Shown here: positions 35,975 through 45,623 of the stretch, one piece after another
Position numbering within the stretch: the stretch's first letter is position 1
How the letters are laid out: the number at the start of each line of letters is the position of its first letter
Notes under the pieces: model-generated
Databases searched by the model: none
Seen by the model: the letters and a program-made list of their open reading frames with translations, nothing else
Told to the model about the DNA's origin: nothing
Made by a program: the position numbers and the translations under genes
Source: an uncultured Lentisphaeria bacterium
Lineage (GTDB): Bacteria > Fidelibacterota > UBA8477 > JABMPR01
Assembly (NCBI GenBank): GCA_964578155.1
Contig: CAZOBQ010000001.1
Span: 66,670 to 130,669, forward strand
Reading direction: 5' to 3'
Length of the DNA: 64,000 bases

Positions 35975-36493
35975 CTAAAAGAATGACTCATCCTGCCATC
36001 GTTTAATTTTCCATTTTCCGGATGTCGAATGCTGAACAAAGTCAAAAACAGCATTCCCCTTAATGGGTGTAAACCCCTCTGCTGACAAGTCAAAACTCTT
36101 TGTAATGCTAATCTCTCCATTTTGGGAGGTGTCCTGTCTAGTGGTGGCGTTCCAAACCAGGGTAAAGTGGTCAACGGCGCGAAAAAGACGACCTGTTGTT
36201 CGCAACTCAGTATCTCTTCCCCAATAATTATAGCCACCCACGCCAACAATGCCTGGATCATAGTAGAGAAAGATAAAGCTGGTGTCAAAGAGCTCGCTAT
36301 AGACCAGACTGTCTCTGTAAATATAGGCGTAGCGAAAGTTTTGAAGCACTTCGTCTGGAGTGCGTTGTTCAGTTAATGTGAGACTTATCGCCCCGTCTAG
36401 GAGTCCTTTAGTAGGCGCAAATGGATTCCAACATCCAGCCATGGTCAGCACAAGAAAAACACAGATAAATGCTCCAGTGATTATTCTGTCCAT
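35975..36493 (-). CDS. Hypothetical lipoprotein
   Basis: Signal peptide with lipobox LTMAGC. No family recognised. Confidence 0.4.
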   Translation of the reverse strand: MDRIITGAFICVFLVLTMAGCWNPFAPTKGLLDGAISLTLTEQRTPDEVLQNFRYAYIYRDSLVYSELFDTSFIFLYYDPGIVGVGGYNYWGRDTELRTTGRLFRAVDHFTLVWNATTRQDTSQNGEISITKSFDLSAEGFTPIKGNAVFDFVQHSTSGKWKIKRWQDESFF

Positions 36494-36496
36494 GTT

Positions 36497-37087
36497 TTAC
36501 TGAACCAAAGCTTTGAGTTCTGTCCAGCTAGCCAGGGAATCTGCGGCAAAGTCCTGCCAGCTTGAGATCTCATAAAGTAAATCTGCGTTTTGAATAATAG
36601 TGAGAGTCGCCTGTCCTTTCAGCAAAGAGGGCAAAGCGCTACCACTCTCAGAGTAGGCGAGGGACAGTTGATAGTTAGCGACTATTTCATAATAATCACC
36701 ATTAGGATTTAATTGATCATCGAACCAGTCTAATCTCTGAAAACCATCCTCACTTAACATTTGAAATAATTGTGTGATAAACTTTTCTTCTTCAGGATAA
36801 CCCCAGACATCAAAAATACTTCCCTGTAAGCTAGCCTCCCCTGGATCAGCAATAAAGGTAAAGCCCACCCCCGCCTCTTCGCTCTGGCTTAGCACGTCCA
36901 AGAAATAATTGATTTTATGAGCGGGGAAAGCGTTAGCGAGATTCTCCAGCACGATCTCAGGTGAGGTGGGTGGCTTCCAGGCATAGGGGTCAGAAATGTT
37001 GATAGGTGGGTCTGGTTCTCGGGGTGTGAAGAGCTCACACGCTGAAAGCATGAACAAAAACACTGTAATAAGGACGCTGCGTTTCAT
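36497..37087 (-). CDS. Hypothetical lipoprotein
   Basis: MKRSVLITVFLFMLSAC lipoprotein signal when started at 37087. No family recognised. Confidence 0.4.
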   Translation of the reverse strand: MKRSVLITVFLFMLSACELFTPREPDPPINISDPYAWKPPTSPEIVLENLANAFPAHKINYFLDVLSQSEEAGVGFTFIADPGEASLQGSIFDVWGYPEEEKFITQLFQMLSEDGFQRLDWFDDQLNPNGDYYEIVANYQLSLAYSESGSALPSLLKGQATLTIIQNADLLYEISSWQDFAADSLASWTELKALVQ

Positions 37088-37191
37088 GAAACAGAAAATT
37101 ACACGGGGTTCTCCAAAAAACAAATCACATGTTGAGTTTTTCTTTCGCTAAAAAGCCTTTGTCTCTATGTTGTAAGCATGGAGGTATTCTT

Positions 37192-37821
37192 GTGAGAGTC
37201 TTCGCCTGTATGGCCAGCACCCTGGATGGAAAGATTGGACCCGCCAATGTGGAGCAGTTTGTTTCTATCGGTTCCAGGTATGACCTTGACCATTTAAAAT
37301 CTCTACGTGATACCGCCGATGGGGTTCTATTCGGCGCCAGCACCTTCCGGGCTTGGCCAAAAGTTCACCATGGACATAAGGCAGACCACCAACTGCATCA
37401 TTTTATTTTGAGCCATAGTCTTGATCTTGATCCAAACGCTGACCTATTTCAACGCACTGACATTCCCGTGAGCATCTTCACCGGGGCCAAACCAAGTTTG
37501 TTTTTAAAAGAATTTCCAGCCCAGGTTAAATTCATACATCTTAACAATCAAAAAAGCACCATTGTCCAGACTGTAGATCATATCAAACAACAAGGCGTTA
37601 CCAACCTCCTGGTGGAGGGCGGCGGTCAAGTGCTTCAACAACTGATTGAGGCTCAAATCCTACAAGAGCTTTTTCTTACCGTAACACCCAAAGTTATGGG
37701 TCAAGTTGATGCTCCAAACCTTTTTGGCAACATGTCCACCATCAAACCCCCGGTTTTTAAAACCATAGACAGTAAAATTGTCGGTGATGAGGTGTACTTC
37801 CACTTTTTGCTTCAGTATTGA
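37192..37821 (+). CDS. RibD C-terminal-domain/dihydrofolate-reductase-like reductase
   Basis: VFACMASTLDGKIG and LLVEGGGQVLQQLI...ELFLTVTPKVMG. GGAGG lies 7 nt upstream of the GTG at 37192, so I prefer that start over the ORF-track ATG at 37129. Confidence 0.6.
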   Translation: MRVFACMASTLDGKIGPANVEQFVSIGSRYDLDHLKSLRDTADGVLFGASTFRAWPKVHHGHKADHQLHHFILSHSLDLDPNADLFQRTDIPVSIFTGAKPSLFLKEFPAQVKFIHLNNQKSTIVQTVDHIKQQGVTNLLVEGGGQVLQQLIEAQILQELFLTVTPKVMGQVDAPNLFGNMSTIKPPVFKTIDSKIVGDEVYFHFLLQY

Positions 37822-37993
37822 TCCCAGGGCCGCTAGGTGTGCTCAGAGTATTGTTTTTAACCCTCTTCTCGTCCTAAATCTGTGGCCCCTAGAACCTTAT
37901 ACTCGTGAGGAAAATGCTTGGTGGTACTGGTCAGTTTGTTAAATTCGGCACTGAGGTAAAAGAACAACCATTATATAAAAAAGGATATCCCTA

Positions 37994-40285
37994 ATGAAAA
38001 ATATTGTTACCAGTTTACTATTTGCCCTGATTTTGGTGGGTGGCGTTTATGCCGAAAAGGTTGCCATTGTCTCCAAGGTTCAAGGGGAGGTCCTTCTACA
38101 GAAGGCTGATGAATTAGCGTATAATAATCCTGTAACCGTGGGTACCATTCTCGAGAACAATGACCAGATCAAAGTCAATGATGGTTTTGCCGTCATGTTG
38201 CTTCTTGATGATAAAAGCCAGGTCAAGTTGAGAGAAAATACAGAGGTGGCCGTCTCCATGGTTGATGACCTTAGCGGCTCAGGATACCATGTTCGCCTGG
38301 ATTACGGCCAAGCGCTTACAAAATATTCAAAGGGGGCAGGCTTTGATTTTCAACTTCACACACCAACCTCAGTGGCTTCTATTAAAGGGACCGAGTTCTG
38401 GACTCTTTCCGATCCTGACAATGGAGACCAGGTGATTGTTCTAGAAGGTGTCGTGGATGTTATGAACAACTTAACAGGCATGATCAGCACAGCTGGTGCC
38501 GGTCAAACGGTTAACTCTAGTAGCGATGGTTACATTGAAACTGGAGCTACAGAAGAGGGTACAATTCCAGAAGATCCGGAAGACCTCGGGGCAGCTGAAC
38601 CCGAAGGTGAAACCGAAGAAGAGATTGTTGCGGATTCAACAAGCGTTGAAGAAGAACTTGCAAGCGATGATGGCGTCATAGAAGATGATCAAGCGATGAC
38701 CAGTGCTCCGGCACCTCCACCATCAACTACTGGAACAACCACACCAGAACCTGAGGGTGAAGAGGCAGCCGAAGAAGGTGGCGGCTTGTTCGGAGATGCC
38801 TTGGCAATGGATGGTGCACTTGGAGCTGTAACAATTGATGGACAACTATATAACCAAATTGCCTTACGCCCTGATATTTCAATTGGCAAGCTTGGTATCG
38901 GTCTTGATATCGTTATCTATATGGATCAAGATGGAAACATGCGAGATGAAGAGTGGAATGAAGCTAAAGATATCGTCGACAAAATTATGTATGTTCGCTG
39001 GGGCGAACAAGGCGATCCTTTCTTTGTTCGGGTCGGAACGCTAGAAAATGTTGTTTTAGGTTATGGTCTATTTATGAATGGCTATTCAAATATGATGGAA
39101 TATCCCTCTGTTCGTAAAACAGGTCATCATATTGGGTTTAAGGTTGGTAACTTTGGTATAGAAAACGTTATTGCTAACTATAAAGAGTTTTCTTTTGGTG
39201 GCGAAAGCAACGGCCTGGGTCTCTTAGGTTTACGCGGGACCTTTTCATTGGGCAAGTTGGCTTTTGGAGCAACCGTTGTTGCTGATAATAATCAGTACCT
39301 TGGCTTAAAAGATGAAGATGGTGATTATATACCGGACCTTGTAGATGCTTTTCCTGATGATGCGGATGCATCCATTGATACAGATGGCGATGGACGTGCT
39401 GACAACTCGCCGGACGAATGGGATATCGATGGTGATGGAAAGACAGATAATTACACGCCTGACCCATCAAGAAACTGGGATGACTTTATAACCAGAGATC
39501 CTGCACCTTTTGACATAAGTGAGAATCCTAGCACTGTCGGTGGTGTAAGTTTTGATGTTGCCTATCCAATCTTGTCAATGGACAAATTCAAATTAGTTCT
39601 TTTTGCAGAAGCAGGTCAGTATTTTGGTACTGCAGACTCAATGTACTATTTTGATGAAAACGATAACTTAGCACAAAAGAAGATAGAATATGGTTTTGGG
39701 GCCACTGCTCCAGGTTTACGTGCTCAGATTTTTAGTTTTCTTACCGCCAGTCTTGAGTTTCGTATAACACCGACAGGAAATTTTGTTTATGGTCTATTCG
39801 ACAAAAACTACGATCTCGAACGTGTCGGTTTTGTTGATTATGGCGGAAGTCTTGGCTTAACACCAAGAACTCGATATGAAAAACTATATGACAACTCCTC
39901 AATGATGGGTCTGTTTGGTAGCATTGGCGCCAATATCCTAAATGTGGTCAATATCCAGGCTGGTTATCAACATATGACCTCTGATAGTTCTGAAGTAAAG
40001 GGCATTCAGGGCGTTATTGGTCTGGCACCTGGTCTAATTCCGAAGGTTGAGGCGGCAAATGCATATATCTTGCGGATGAATGTCGATGATCCTTTTGAGA
40101 TTGTTAGCGAAGGAACTCTTCTGGGTTACCAGGTCACTATCGGTCTTGGTGGTGGCGCAACCCTCACATGGGACTTCCGCCAGAGCTATATCGACATCAA
40201 CGGTGATGGAACAATTGATACCGAAAATCCTGATTCTGGTGAGGTTGTGGCTCAGACAAGTATCGAAACTGGTTTCTCGTTCTAA
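37994..40285 (+). CDS. Secreted FecR-domain protein with acidic linker, TSP3-like Ca-binding repeats and a large C-terminal beta-rich domain
   Basis: Signal peptide. FecR-like N-domain (VSKVQGEVLLQKAD...NDQIKVNDGFAVMLL). E/D/P/T-rich linker. DTDGDGRADNSPDEWDIDGDGKTDN. The C-terminus ends in an aromatic residue (GFSF). Confidence 0.55.
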   Translation: MKNIVTSLLFALILVGGVYAEKVAIVSKVQGEVLLQKADELAYNNPVTVGTILENNDQIKVNDGFAVMLLLDDKSQVKLRENTEVAVSMVDDLSGSGYHVRLDYGQALTKYSKGAGFDFQLHTPTSVASIKGTEFWTLSDPDNGDQVIVLEGVVDVMNNLTGMISTAGAGQTVNSSSDGYIETGATEEGTIPEDPEDLGAAEPEGETEEEIVADSTSVEEELASDDGVIEDDQAMTSAPAPPPSTTGTTTPEPEGEEAAEEGGGLFGDALAMDGALGAVTIDGQLYNQIALRPDISIGKLGIGLDIVIYMDQDGNMRDEEWNEAKDIVDKIMYVRWGEQGDPFFVRVGTLENVVLGYGLFMNGYSNMMEYPSVRKTGHHIGFKVGNFGIENVIANYKEFSFGGESNGLGLLGLRGTFSLGKLAFGATVVADNNQYLGLKDEDGDYIPDLVDAFPDDADASIDTDGDGRADNSPDEWDIDGDGKTDNYTPDPSRNWDDFITRDPAPFDISENPSTVGGVSFDVAYPILSMDKFKLVLFAEAGQYFGTADSMYYFDENDNLAQKKIEYGFGATAPGLRAQIFSFLTASLEFRITPTGNFVYGLFDKNYDLERVGFVDYGGSLGLTPRTRYEKLYDNSSMMGLFGSIGANILNVVNIQAGYQHMTSDSSEVKGIQGVIGLAPGLIPKVEAANAYILRMNVDDPFEIVSEGTLLGYQVTIGLGGGATLTWDFRQSYIDINGDGTIDTENPDSGEVVAQTSIETGFSF

Positions 40286-40310
40286 AAAGGTTCAAGAGCA
40301 ATAATAAAAA

Positions 40311-40338
40311 ACGCCCTGCGATTGCGGGGCGTTTTTTT
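40311..40338. terminator. Bidirectional intrinsic terminator between convergent genes
   Basis: aaaaaACGCCCTGCgattGCGGGGCGTttttttt has a GC-rich stem (one G-U pair), with an A-run upstream and a T-run downstream. Confidence 0.75.
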
Positions 40339-40383
40339 ATCTAGATGAGATTTGTTATCCCGCTTATTTAAGATCTGGAAAGT

Positions 40384-41439
40384 TTAATCTGTCCCCAGGA
40401 ATTTAGCCTTTTGTTCTTTGTAGTAGGGATCATCTGGCTGTAAGGCAATACACTCACCCATTACTGCGACAGCTTCATCGATTCTATCAAGTTTCCAGAG
40501 AACCTCACCCTTGGTGTCCAAGATTTGGGCTTTGTCACGAGGAGTGTCCTCTTCCGTGAAAAGGGCTGTGGCCTGATTTATTCGCTCAAGTGCGTTTTCT
40601 AGGTTCAGCTCTAGTTGAGTCATTCTCCAGGCATAACCATTCAACAAACCTGACGTTTCTTGCTGGGTACCAGACATGAAATCAACAAAGCGACGATATG
40701 TCTCTGCTTCTGCAGCTTTATCTTTTGCCCGACGATGAAAATTACGTAAAGCGTTATATGCCTCAGGAAGAATCTCAGTGTTGGTTTCATTGTTTATAAA
40801 TGAGACCAGTGTCTCAGGGTTATTGTTTTCCTGGGAATGAAATAGGGCCATCTTCAAGCCAGCCATGGAGCGAGTACCGGCTTCTATGTCCTGCATTCCA
40901 AATAAAATCTCCCAATAGCTCATGGCGGCCTTTAGTCCACTCATGGCTTCAGTTTTTTCTGCGAGAGTCATCAACAGGGCAGCATTTTCAGGGTCTGCCT
41001 CAAGGCGACTTAAGAGGTCGGGAACCGTGTTAATTCCATTGCGGATACGGGTCATTTCAGCCAGATATTCATCTGGTGGTAAAAAGCCAAGAATGCGGTC
41101 GATCTCAAAACCCTCTTCATCTACAAAAACAAAGGTCGGTATCGCGCGAATGTTGAACTGCTCCCTCAACTCCTTTCCTTCAGTGGAATCTGAGTTAGCA
41201 CGATAAGAAATAAAATTCTCAGAGGCATATGCTATGAGTGCAGGGTCAATAAATGTTTCGGCGTCCAGCCGATTACAGGAGCCTCACCATTTGGCGGAAA
41301 CTTCGTAACCAACTATTTTACCGTTAGCCTCCATCTTGGTATCCAGGTCAGAAATCCAGGGGTATGTTGGTTCCTTTTCAGCGCAACCAATAATGAAGAG
41401 TCCTAAGGTTACAGCAATTAAAAAATTCTTTATGCGCAT
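40384..41439 (-). CDS. Thioredoxin-fold + TPR lipoprotein with an in-frame TGA at the CxxC position (candidate selenoprotein, W-U-G-S-C)
   Basis: ATG at 41439 follows AAGGA. Signal peptide and lipobox MRIKNFLIAVTLGLFIIGC. Then ...VSAKW-TGA(41286..41284)-GSCNRLDAETF...IRAIPTFVFVDEEG (thioredoxin-fold pattern), then TPR-like repeats. The ORF-track start at 41169 is an internal TTG in the same frame. Confidence 0.6.
41255..41276 (-). promoter_or_regulatory. Candidate bacterial SECIS hairpin
   Basis: The mRNA after UGA reads GGCUCCU-GUAAUCGGC-UGGAC-GCCGAAAC. The upper stem UCGGC/GCCGA begins 11 nt after UGA, the apical loop UGGAC contains GG, and the lower pairs are GU/AC. Confidence 0.45.
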
Positions 41440-41769
41440 TTCTATCCTTTCAACGATATCTATCTATTTTAGTCTTATGAAACTATAGATTATAACACGG
41501 GTGTGCAACTGTTCTGTTAATCATGGTTCTGGATCTTGTCATTGATAATTATTAACCTGCCAAACTGCTGTTAAAATATTTAAGGCTGTATAACCATGAC
41601 CTGTGTGAAAATGCTAACCATTGTTTCTAATTAGTTTGCTGCTGGTGTTGTTACCAAAAGACCCTTAGTTCACCGTGTAGAATCTGACTGATTTATAAGA
41701 TGGTTTTTAATAAATACCTCTCTACATTCCGTGACTAATTAATGATTAACAACAGAAGGAGGTTCCAGC

Positions 41770-44700
41770 ATGAAGAAGATGAACGCATCTTTGGAGAGAG
41801 TGTTCATGAGGGTGTTTATTGTTTCAATCGTTTTAACCGGGCTGGTGTACAGTCAGGGTGTTACAACAGCAGGAGTAAATGGGAAAATAACTGATGCTGA
41901 TGGAAATGTCTTGGTTGGTGCAAATGTCATCGCCAAACATCTCCCTACGGGAAGGGTTTACGGTGCCTCAACCATGACGGACGGATATTATTATATCCCC
42001 AACATGAAAATTGGTGGCCCATATGTATTAACCGTGAGCTATATCGGATATTCAGAGCAAAAAGCTGAAGATGTCTTCCTCGCGCTAAACGTTGAAAAGA
42101 CTCAAAACTTCACGCTGCAAGTTGAAGCCATGGAAATGGGTTCAGTGGTTGTTACAGCTGAACACAGTGAGATCAATGCGAACAGGACTGGATCAAAAAC
42201 CAGTATTAATTCAGAGCAAATTGCTACTCTACCTACTATCTCCAGAGGCACAAAAGATTTTACCCGTATGACACCTGAAAGTGATGGGAATTCATTTGGT
42301 GGTCGTAATAATCTTTACAATAACTTTTCTCTGGATGGCTCTATTTTTAACAATCCTTTTGGTTTGGATTATGCTGTTCCCGGTGGCCAAACAGATGCAC
42401 AACCTGTATCGCTGGATGCTATTGAACAAGTACAAGTCTCAATCGCTCCTTTTGATGTTCGTGAAGGTGGATTCACCGGTGCTGGTGTAAATGCTGTGAC
42501 CAAATCCGGAACCAATGAATTCCAGGCCTCAGTCTATCACTACCTGAGAAATGAATCGATGGTGGGAACCAAGGTGGGTGATGCAGATGTTGAGAACCTT
42601 GATTTCTCAACCAATCAAAGTGGTATTTCTCTAGGTGGTCCAATTATCAAAGACAAGCTGTTCTATTTTGTCAATATTGAAGCTGAACGTCGTGACCAGC
42701 TTGCCCACAGTTTTATTGCTGATGATGGATCAACAGGTGCAAACGTTACATCTGTTTCTGCAGATTCAATTGCATTGGTTCAGGCTCGTCTCCGTGAGTA
42801 CTGGGGTTATGAACCTGGTGAATATCAGGGTTACAACCATGAGACTTTTAACAACAAGCTCTTGGCCAAGATTGACTGGAATATCAATGAGTCACACAAC
42901 TTGACATTCCGCTACAACTATCTGGATTCATGGAAAGATATCCTGCCTCACCCAGAAGCTATTATTGGTCGCGGTCCTACCAGCTATAGACTTCCTTTTG
43001 AAAACTCTTCTTATAGAATCTTCAATAAGATTAACTCCTATGTGGCAGAACTTCATTCTCGTTTCTCTAACAAACTTGCTAACAAACTATTGGTTGGCTA
43101 TACCATGTTCAGAGATGAAAGAGAGCCTAAGTCAGTTGGTTGGCCTGTGGTTGATATTTTTGACGGAAGTGGAAATCTAGCAATCTCCATGGGTTCAGAA
43201 ATGTTCTCTACACACAATAGGCTCTATCAGGATGTTTTTCAGTTTACTGACAACCTGACTTACTATATGGATAAACACACGCTAACAGCCGGTGTTAACC
43301 TTGAGGTGTTGCAGTTTGACAACTCATTTAACCTGTTCTATTATCCCTGGTATTTCAGGACTTCTTGAATAATGATGATACTGGAATTGATTTCAATGCT
43401 GCTGCAGCTACCGCTGAAGCAAATGACTATGCTTGGGCTTATGTGGATGTTGGTCAGCTTGGTGTCTACGCACAAGATCAATTCAGGGCTTCTGATAACC
43501 TGAAAATCACCGCTGGTCTTCGGGTTGATTTTCCTCTCTATCTCAATGAGATCGAAGAAGATACTGCAATCACTAATTTTGATGGTTGGGTAGATGAGAA
43601 CGGTGATCCTGCCACAGTTAATCCTGCCGAATGGCCCTCAGGGAAACCTCTGTTTGCTCCACGGCTTGGATTCAATTGGGATGTTTATGGCGATAAAACC
43701 ATGCAGGTTCGAGGTGGCTCCGGAATCTTTACCGGTCGCATTCCTTTTGTATGGTTAGGCAACCAGGCTTCCAATGCCAAGCTCTATCCATGGTATACTT
43801 TTCAGATCAACACGACGGCTGATGATTTCAATTATCCTCAAGTATGGAAAAATGATATCGCCGTTGATAAAGCTTTTGGTGATGGTTGGTTAGCATCTTT
43901 AGAAGCAATTTACTCTAAAGACCTGAATGCCGTGGTCCATCGTAACTACAACATGTTACCACCTTCTGCCGCTTTGTCAGGAACAGGTGATACCAGACCA
44001 ATGTTCGCTGGTTTTAATGAGGTCAACATTTACTCAGCTGCTGGCGTATCCAATACATTCCTGGATGCTGGCGCTATAGTGTTGGATAACACAGATGAAG
44101 GACACCAGACCTCGTTTACTGGAAAGCTTGCCAAAGAATTTGACTTTGGATTGTTGGCTAATGTTTCATACACCAACATCACCTCAAAGGACTTGACTTC
44201 AATTCCAGCTGAAATTGCTGCTGATGCCTTTCAGAGAAATGCTATCGTAGATGGCCCTAATAGTGCCATTTTCTCACATTCTCGTTATGGTCTTAAGCAC
44301 AGAGTTATTTCCTCGGCTACCTATTCTAAGAGTTATGGAAACATGAACTCCAGCGTGGCGCTGTTCTTTGAAACAGGCGTTGGTAATCGTTATTCCTTTA
44401 CTTATGCCGGAGATCTCAATGGAGATGCCATTGCGAATAACGACTTGCTCTATGTTCCCTCAGATGCCAGCGATATCCATTTTGGAACCGTTGATGCGAA
44501 CGGGGTTGGAACAGTAGCCGCAGATGCTGCAGCTCAATGGGCAGCCTTGGACGCCTTTATCGAGCAGGATGACTATCTGAGCACACGTCGTGGCGATTAT
44601 GCCGAACGTAATAGCGCTATGTTGCCTTGGTTCTCTCAGTTAGATCTTAAATTCATTCAAGACCTAAGTCTGAATGTGGCTGGTAGTGATCATAACATTC

Positions 44701-44918
44701 AGCTTTCACTTGATGTTATGAATCTTGGCAATATGATCAGCTCCGCCTGGGGTGTCCGTCAATTGTCAACCACTTGGAATCCAATTACCGTTAATGGTGT
44801 TGATGCGAACAACGTACCTTATTTCAGTTTCAATACTGACTTAACGGATTCTTATGTCGACGATACATCAATTCTCTCTAAATGGCAGATGCAGTTTGGA
44901 GTACACTACAAATTCTAA
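41770..44918 (+). pseudogene. TonB-dependent receptor (CarboxypepD_reg N-domain + plug + barrel) split by a frameshift near 43351..43356
   Basis: ORF1 (41770..43368) and ORF2 (43365..44918) are the N- and C-halves of one receptor. The ORF2 frame is open from 43332. A -1 shift at tgg-tat-ttc-agg gives ...YYPWYFQDFLNNDDTG. The C-terminus ends in the barrel motif FGVHYKF. Confidence 0.75.
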
Positions 44919-44943
44919 TTTAACGAATTTGAATTGATAAAAA

Positions 44944-44975
44944 GAAAGCCACCAGCAATGGTGGCTTTCTTTTTA
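44944..44975 (+). terminator. Intrinsic terminator after the TonB-dependent receptor
   Basis: GAAAGCCACCagcaaTGGTGGCTTTCttttt. Confidence 0.75.
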
Positions 44976-45004
44976 TATAAAGCGAGCTTGTGATTGGATG
45001 TTTA

Positions 45005-45502
45005 TTAACTCAGGTTTTTGGTCATGTTTCCCAGTTGAATCATTTCACCCTTTGTAAACGTCACCACCCTAATGGTCTGCATGTCTCCCCAAAGATATGA
45101 ATTCCCTTTTAGCCAGCGGGTCGTACGCATGCGATTGTTTAGCCGTTTTGTGTCAATTTCTGTAGGGGCTCTTGTGTCACCCAGAACACCATATAGTCGA
45201 ACCCCTGGATAAACATCAAATCTTTTTTTTAATAATCCTTTTAGCCAGAATACAACACCGCTGTTTACAGCAAGGATGCAAACCTCTGGTTTTTCTTTAG
45301 CATATTTGGGTAGTTTCGTTGGGTATTTTTCAAAATACAAGCCCGTTTGATCTCTATTCAGAAAAAGGCTGCCTATCGGTGTGTTTATCGGTCGACCATC
45401 TTTATCAACAGAAGCAATTGAAACATGGAAATTACTGGCAAAGCTTCGGTTAAAGTGTCTTTGAATTTTGCTCCAGTTTGTATTTAGGTCTAGTGAATTC
45501 AT
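45005..45502 (-). CDS. Hypothetical protein, possibly a PNPOx-like split-barrel fold
   Basis: 165-aa ORF with weak resemblance only (HVSIASVDKDGRPINTPIGSL). Confidence 0.3.
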   Translation of the reverse strand: MNSLDLNTNWSKIQRHFNRSFASNFHVSIASVDKDGRPINTPIGSLFLNRDQTGLYFEKYPTKLPKYAKEKPEVCILAVNSGVVFWLKGLLKKRFDVYPGVRLYGVLGDTRAPTEIDTKRLNNRMRTTRWLKGNSYLWGDMQTIRVVTFTKGEMIQLGNMTKNLS

Positions 45503-45570
45503 AGCTGGAAAGATATTCGTGCTTCTTGTTGTTTACCACAAGTCTCCAGGTTTTTGCGAACACATCTATC

Positions 45571-45600
45571 AAATTAAAAAGCCCCAGAATAACTGAGGCT
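45571..45600 (-). terminator. Intrinsic terminator after actF (end of the ACIII operon)
   Basis: The minus strand reads AGCCTCAGttattCTGGGGCTttttaattt, with 7 of 8 stem pairs. Confidence 0.55.
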
Positions 45601-45623
45601 TCTTAAGCTATTTGTTTGAGAAA

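Noticed and set aside
35968-36288. 106-aa ORF overlapping the lipoprotein gene 35975..36493 in another frame, and the 37125..37343 ORF opposite the RibD_C-like gene.
   Set aside because: They have no signal or motif support, and the overlapping frames carry lipobox or enzyme motifs.
41284-41286. Alternative explanation for the in-frame TGA: a TGA-sense genetic code (code 4 or 25).
   Set aside because: TGA clearly terminates other well-supported genes in the window (for example stops at 37819..37821, 21946..21948 and 59800..59802) at positions consistent with full-length proteins.
41440-41769. Cobalamin, TPP or other riboswitch in the 330-nt AT-rich leader of the TonB-dependent receptor.
   Set aside because: No B12-box-like (GCCACTG) or other conserved riboswitch core is visible. 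The region looks like divergent promoter DNA.
43348-43359. Programmed -1 ribosomal frameshift in the TonB-dependent receptor.
   Set aside because: The site lacks a canonical X-XXY-YYZ slippery heptamer, and I saw no obvious downstream pseudoknot or hairpin. A mutation or sequencing error is more parsimonious.
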